A stretch of DNA of 64,000 nucleotides from Christensenellaceae bacterium (GTDB lineage Bacteria > Bacillota > Clostridia > Christensenellales > DTU072), in contig JAIRKT010000049.1 in NCBI GenBank assembly GCA_031259965.1, positions 1,991 to 65,990 on the forward strand, written 5' to 3'. Numbering within the stretch: position 1 is the stretch's first letter; every line of letters starts with the position of its first letter. A program made the position numbers and the translations under genes. The notes beneath the pieces were generated by a model. The model saw only the letters and a program-made list of their open reading frames with translations. It did no database searches and was not told the origin of the DNA. Shown here piece by piece: positions 61,477 through 64,000 of this stretch.

Positions 61477-64000
61477 ATGAAATTCAAATTCAAAATACAG
61501 CAATACCAAACGGACGCAGTGAATTCTATAGCCCGTGTTTTTGTGGGGCAACCGTTTTTAGACCACGTAAAATATATGCGGGATTTAGGCGTTAAAAATG
61601 AGCAGGCACAAAGCATGCTTTTTGACATTGAAGGCATTTTTGAGAAGGAGGATATAGGCTTTGAAAACGCAAAAATCACGTTGAGCGACGAGACTTTACT
61701 TGAAAACATAAACCGCATTCAAAGTGAAAATAATATTCGCTTATCCGACAAACTTTTTAAACAGTTAGGGCGTTGTGCGCTCGATATCGAAATGGAAACG
61801 GGGACGGGCAAGACATATGTTTATATAAAGTCGATATTCGAGCTGCACAAAAAATACGGATGGAGAAAGTTCATAATAGTTGTGCCATCGATAGCAATCA
61901 GAGAAGGCGTAAAAAAATCGTTTGAAATGACAGCCGACCACTTCATGGAATACTACGGCAAAAAGGCGCGTTTTTTTATTTACAACAGCGCGAGGTTGCA
62001 GGAACTCGATACGTTCGCAAGTTCCGCGAGTATAAACGTGATGATTATCAACGCGCAGGCGTTTAATGCGAGTGGCAATGTCGCGCGGCGCATAGATATG
62101 GTGCTTGACGATTTCGCGGGCAGAAGGCCGATTGACGTTATCGCCAAAAACCGTCCGATTATTATTTTGGACGAACCTCAAAAGCTCGGAGGCGGAAAAA
62201 CGCAAGAGGGATTAAAACGTTTTAACCCGCTTTTTATGGTCAGTTTTTCGGCAACACACGTTAAGCAAAACAACCTGATTTATGCGCTCGACGCATTAGA
62301 CAGTTACAACCAGAAACTCGTTAAAAAAATAGAGGTGAAAGGCTTCGAGTTAAAGAACCTGCGCGGCACGAGCGGCTACCTTTATTTAAGCCAAATTGTG
62401 CTGAGCAAGGACAAACCGCCGATGGCGAAAATCGAGTTTGAAATAAATTATAGCAAGGGTATAAGCCGCGAAACCCGCATACTCAAAAAGGGCGACAACC
62501 TTTACTATTTGTCGGCGGGCAAGGGAATGCCGGAGCTCGAACAGTACAAAGACAACTTCGTTATTAGCGATATAAACCCGTTTAAGAATACGGTAACTTT
62601 TTTAAACGGCAACGAAATCGAGGTCGGCAGAATTGCGGGTGGCACAGGAGATGTGGCGATTAGGCGCGTGCAAATCCGCGAAACCATTTTGTCGCATTTT
62701 GAAAAAGAAGAAAAAAACTTTTACAAGGGAATAAAAACCTTGTCACTGTTTTTTGTAGACGAGGTGTCAAAATACAAGAGCTATAATGCGTCTGGCGAGG
62801 AAGTCAACGGCGAATACGCCGATATTTTTGAGCGCGAGTATGCGGCTATTTTAAACGAGAAATTAAACCTAATCGGAACGCCGTATATAAAATACTTACA
62901 AGGTTTAGACGGCAAAAAAGCGCACAACGGCTATTTTTCAATCGATAAGAAAACGGGCAGAAGTGCGAACCCGTCGATTATAGGGCGCGGCGAAGATAAA
63001 GGTTTGTCGGATGACATATCGGCATACAACCTTATTTTGAAAAACAAAGAGCGTCTGCTTGGCTTTGAGGAGCCGACACGGTTTATTTTTTCACATTCCG
63101 CACTGCGCGAGGGGTGGGATAACCCGAACGTCTTCCAAATTTGCACTCTTAAAAAGAGTGATAGCACAGTTACCAAAAGGCAGGAAGTCGGGCGCGGAAT
63201 GAGACTTTGCGTAAATTCAGAAGGCGACCGCATAGATGCGGGCACGCCGAATATTTCCGTTCACGACGTAAATAAACTGACGGTTATCGCAAGCGACAGT
63301 TACGCTGACTTTGTAAGCGGGCTCCAAGCCGAAATTAAAAGCGAACTTTACGAACGCCCGACAAATGTAACGCAGGAGTATTTTATCGGCAAATATGTTA
63401 AGGATGCGGAGGGCAACGCCGTTCTATTAGATAAGGGACTAGCAAAGAAAATTTACCTGTATTTGTGCAACAATGATTACACCGACGAAAACGACAACGT
63501 AACGCCGGCATACAGGGATGCGTTAGCGGCGGGCACGCCCGCGCCCTTCCCTGCGGAATTGCAACCTTATGCAGCAAGTATACAAACGCTTGTAGGCTCG
63601 GTGTTCAGCGGCGAGTTGCCGAAAGACATGATAACCAATGCGAGCCAAACGATGGTGCAGAACAAATTAAACACAAACTTCGAACGGCGCGAGTTTCAAG
63701 AATTATGGAAGCGAATAAACCACCGTTACACTTACGACGTTACTTTTGACAGCGCAGAGCTAATAAAAAAAGCAACACGCTACCTCGACGAAAAGTTGTT
63801 TGTAACGCAACTAAAATACGTTACGACAACGGGCGCACAAAAGAGGCAAATGGAAGCGGAGGCATTAGAGCGCGGCGAGAGTTTTGCATGCAGCAACACC
63901 GAAACAAAGGAGCTAAAAAACGTAATTTCACATGTTAAATACGACCTTGTGGGTAAATTAAGCTTGGGCACAACGCTCACGCGCCGTACAATCGTTGCGA
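61477..64000 (+). CDS. res: Type III restriction endonuclease (Res), runs off the right edge
   Basis: Not in the ORF track. MKFKFKIQQYQTDAV.., IEMETGTGKTY, IILDEPQ, ALREGWDNPNVFQIC. Confidence 0.92.
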   Translation, partial: MKFKFKIQQYQTDAVNSIARVFVGQPFLDHVKYMRDLGVKNEQAQSMLFDIEGIFEKEDIGFENAKITLSDETLLENINRIQSENNIRLSDKLFKQLGRCALDIEMETGTGKTYVYIKSIFELHKKYGWRKFIIVVPSIAIREGVKKSFEMTADHFMEYYGKKARFFIYNSARLQELDTFASSASINVMIINAQAFNASGNVARRIDMVLDDFAGRRPIDVIAKNRPIIILDEPQKLGGGKTQEGLKRFNPLFMVSFSATHVKQNNLIYALDALDSYNQKLVKKIEVKGFELKNLRGTSGYLYLSQIVLSKDKPPMAKIEFEINYSKGISRETRILKKGDNLYYLSAGKGMPELEQYKDNFVISDINPFKNTVTFLNGNEIEVGRIAGGTGDVAIRRVQIRETILSHFEKEEKNFYKGIKTLSLFFVDEVSKYKSYNASGEEVNGEYADIFEREYAAILNEKLNLIGTPYIKYLQGLDGKKAHNGYFSIDKKTGRSANPSIIGRGEDKGLSDDISAYNLILKNKERLLGFEEPTRFIFSHSALREGWDNPNVFQICTLKKSDSTVTKRQEVGRGMRLCVNSEGDRIDAGTPNISVHDVNKLTVIASDSYADFVSGLQAEIKSELYERPTNVTQEYFIGKYVKDAEGNAVLLDKGLAKKIYLYLCNNDYTDENDNVTPAYRDALAAGTPAPFPAELQPYAASIQTLVGSVFSGELPKDMITNASQTMVQNKLNTNFERREFQELWKRINHRYTYDVTFDSAELIKKATRYLDEKLFVTQLKYVTTTGAQKRQMEAEALERGESFACSNTETKELKNVISHVKYDLVGKLSLGTTLTRRTIVA

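Noticed and set aside
60-63980. Numerous short antisense or overlapping ORFs in the track (for example 622-1041, 28315-28749, 35301-35855, 61765-62205)
   Set aside because: Shadow frames of well-supported genes, with no motifs or ribosome-binding sites.

Overview
AT-rich chromosomal segment of a spore-forming clostridial Firmicute (gerA/gerC, spoIVA with a sigmaE-like promoter). Contents in order: a ger operon end; a long minus-strand housekeeping run (rpiB, manA, ROK kinase, iorB, paaK, ACT, 5-FTHF cyclo-ligase, an rsmD-coaD fusion); sua5; two giant surface proteins (1813 and 1948 aa) and two lipoproteins; asd-dapA-dapB; an AraC regulator that appears to start at ACG; tandem signal peptidases; a P-type ATPase; hsp20 with a CIRCE-like operator; an aminotransferase plus SCP2-domain pair; a three-gene c-di-GMP operon; a MacB-like ABC transporter; and a GC-richer type III restriction-modification island at the right end. 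Several decayed accessory genes missed by the ORF track lie in intergenic gaps (Fic, DUF1016, IS fragments, ADP-ribosylglycohydrolase and DUF4391 remnants). The most notable observation is a ~120-nt structured element that I cannot assign to a known family. It occurs three times (4928-5048, 6443-6566, 8165-8286), shows compensatory base changes and a conserved GNRA loop, and each copy ends 17-29 nt upstream of a start codon within one operon. All family assignments are by motif recognition only; no searches were run.
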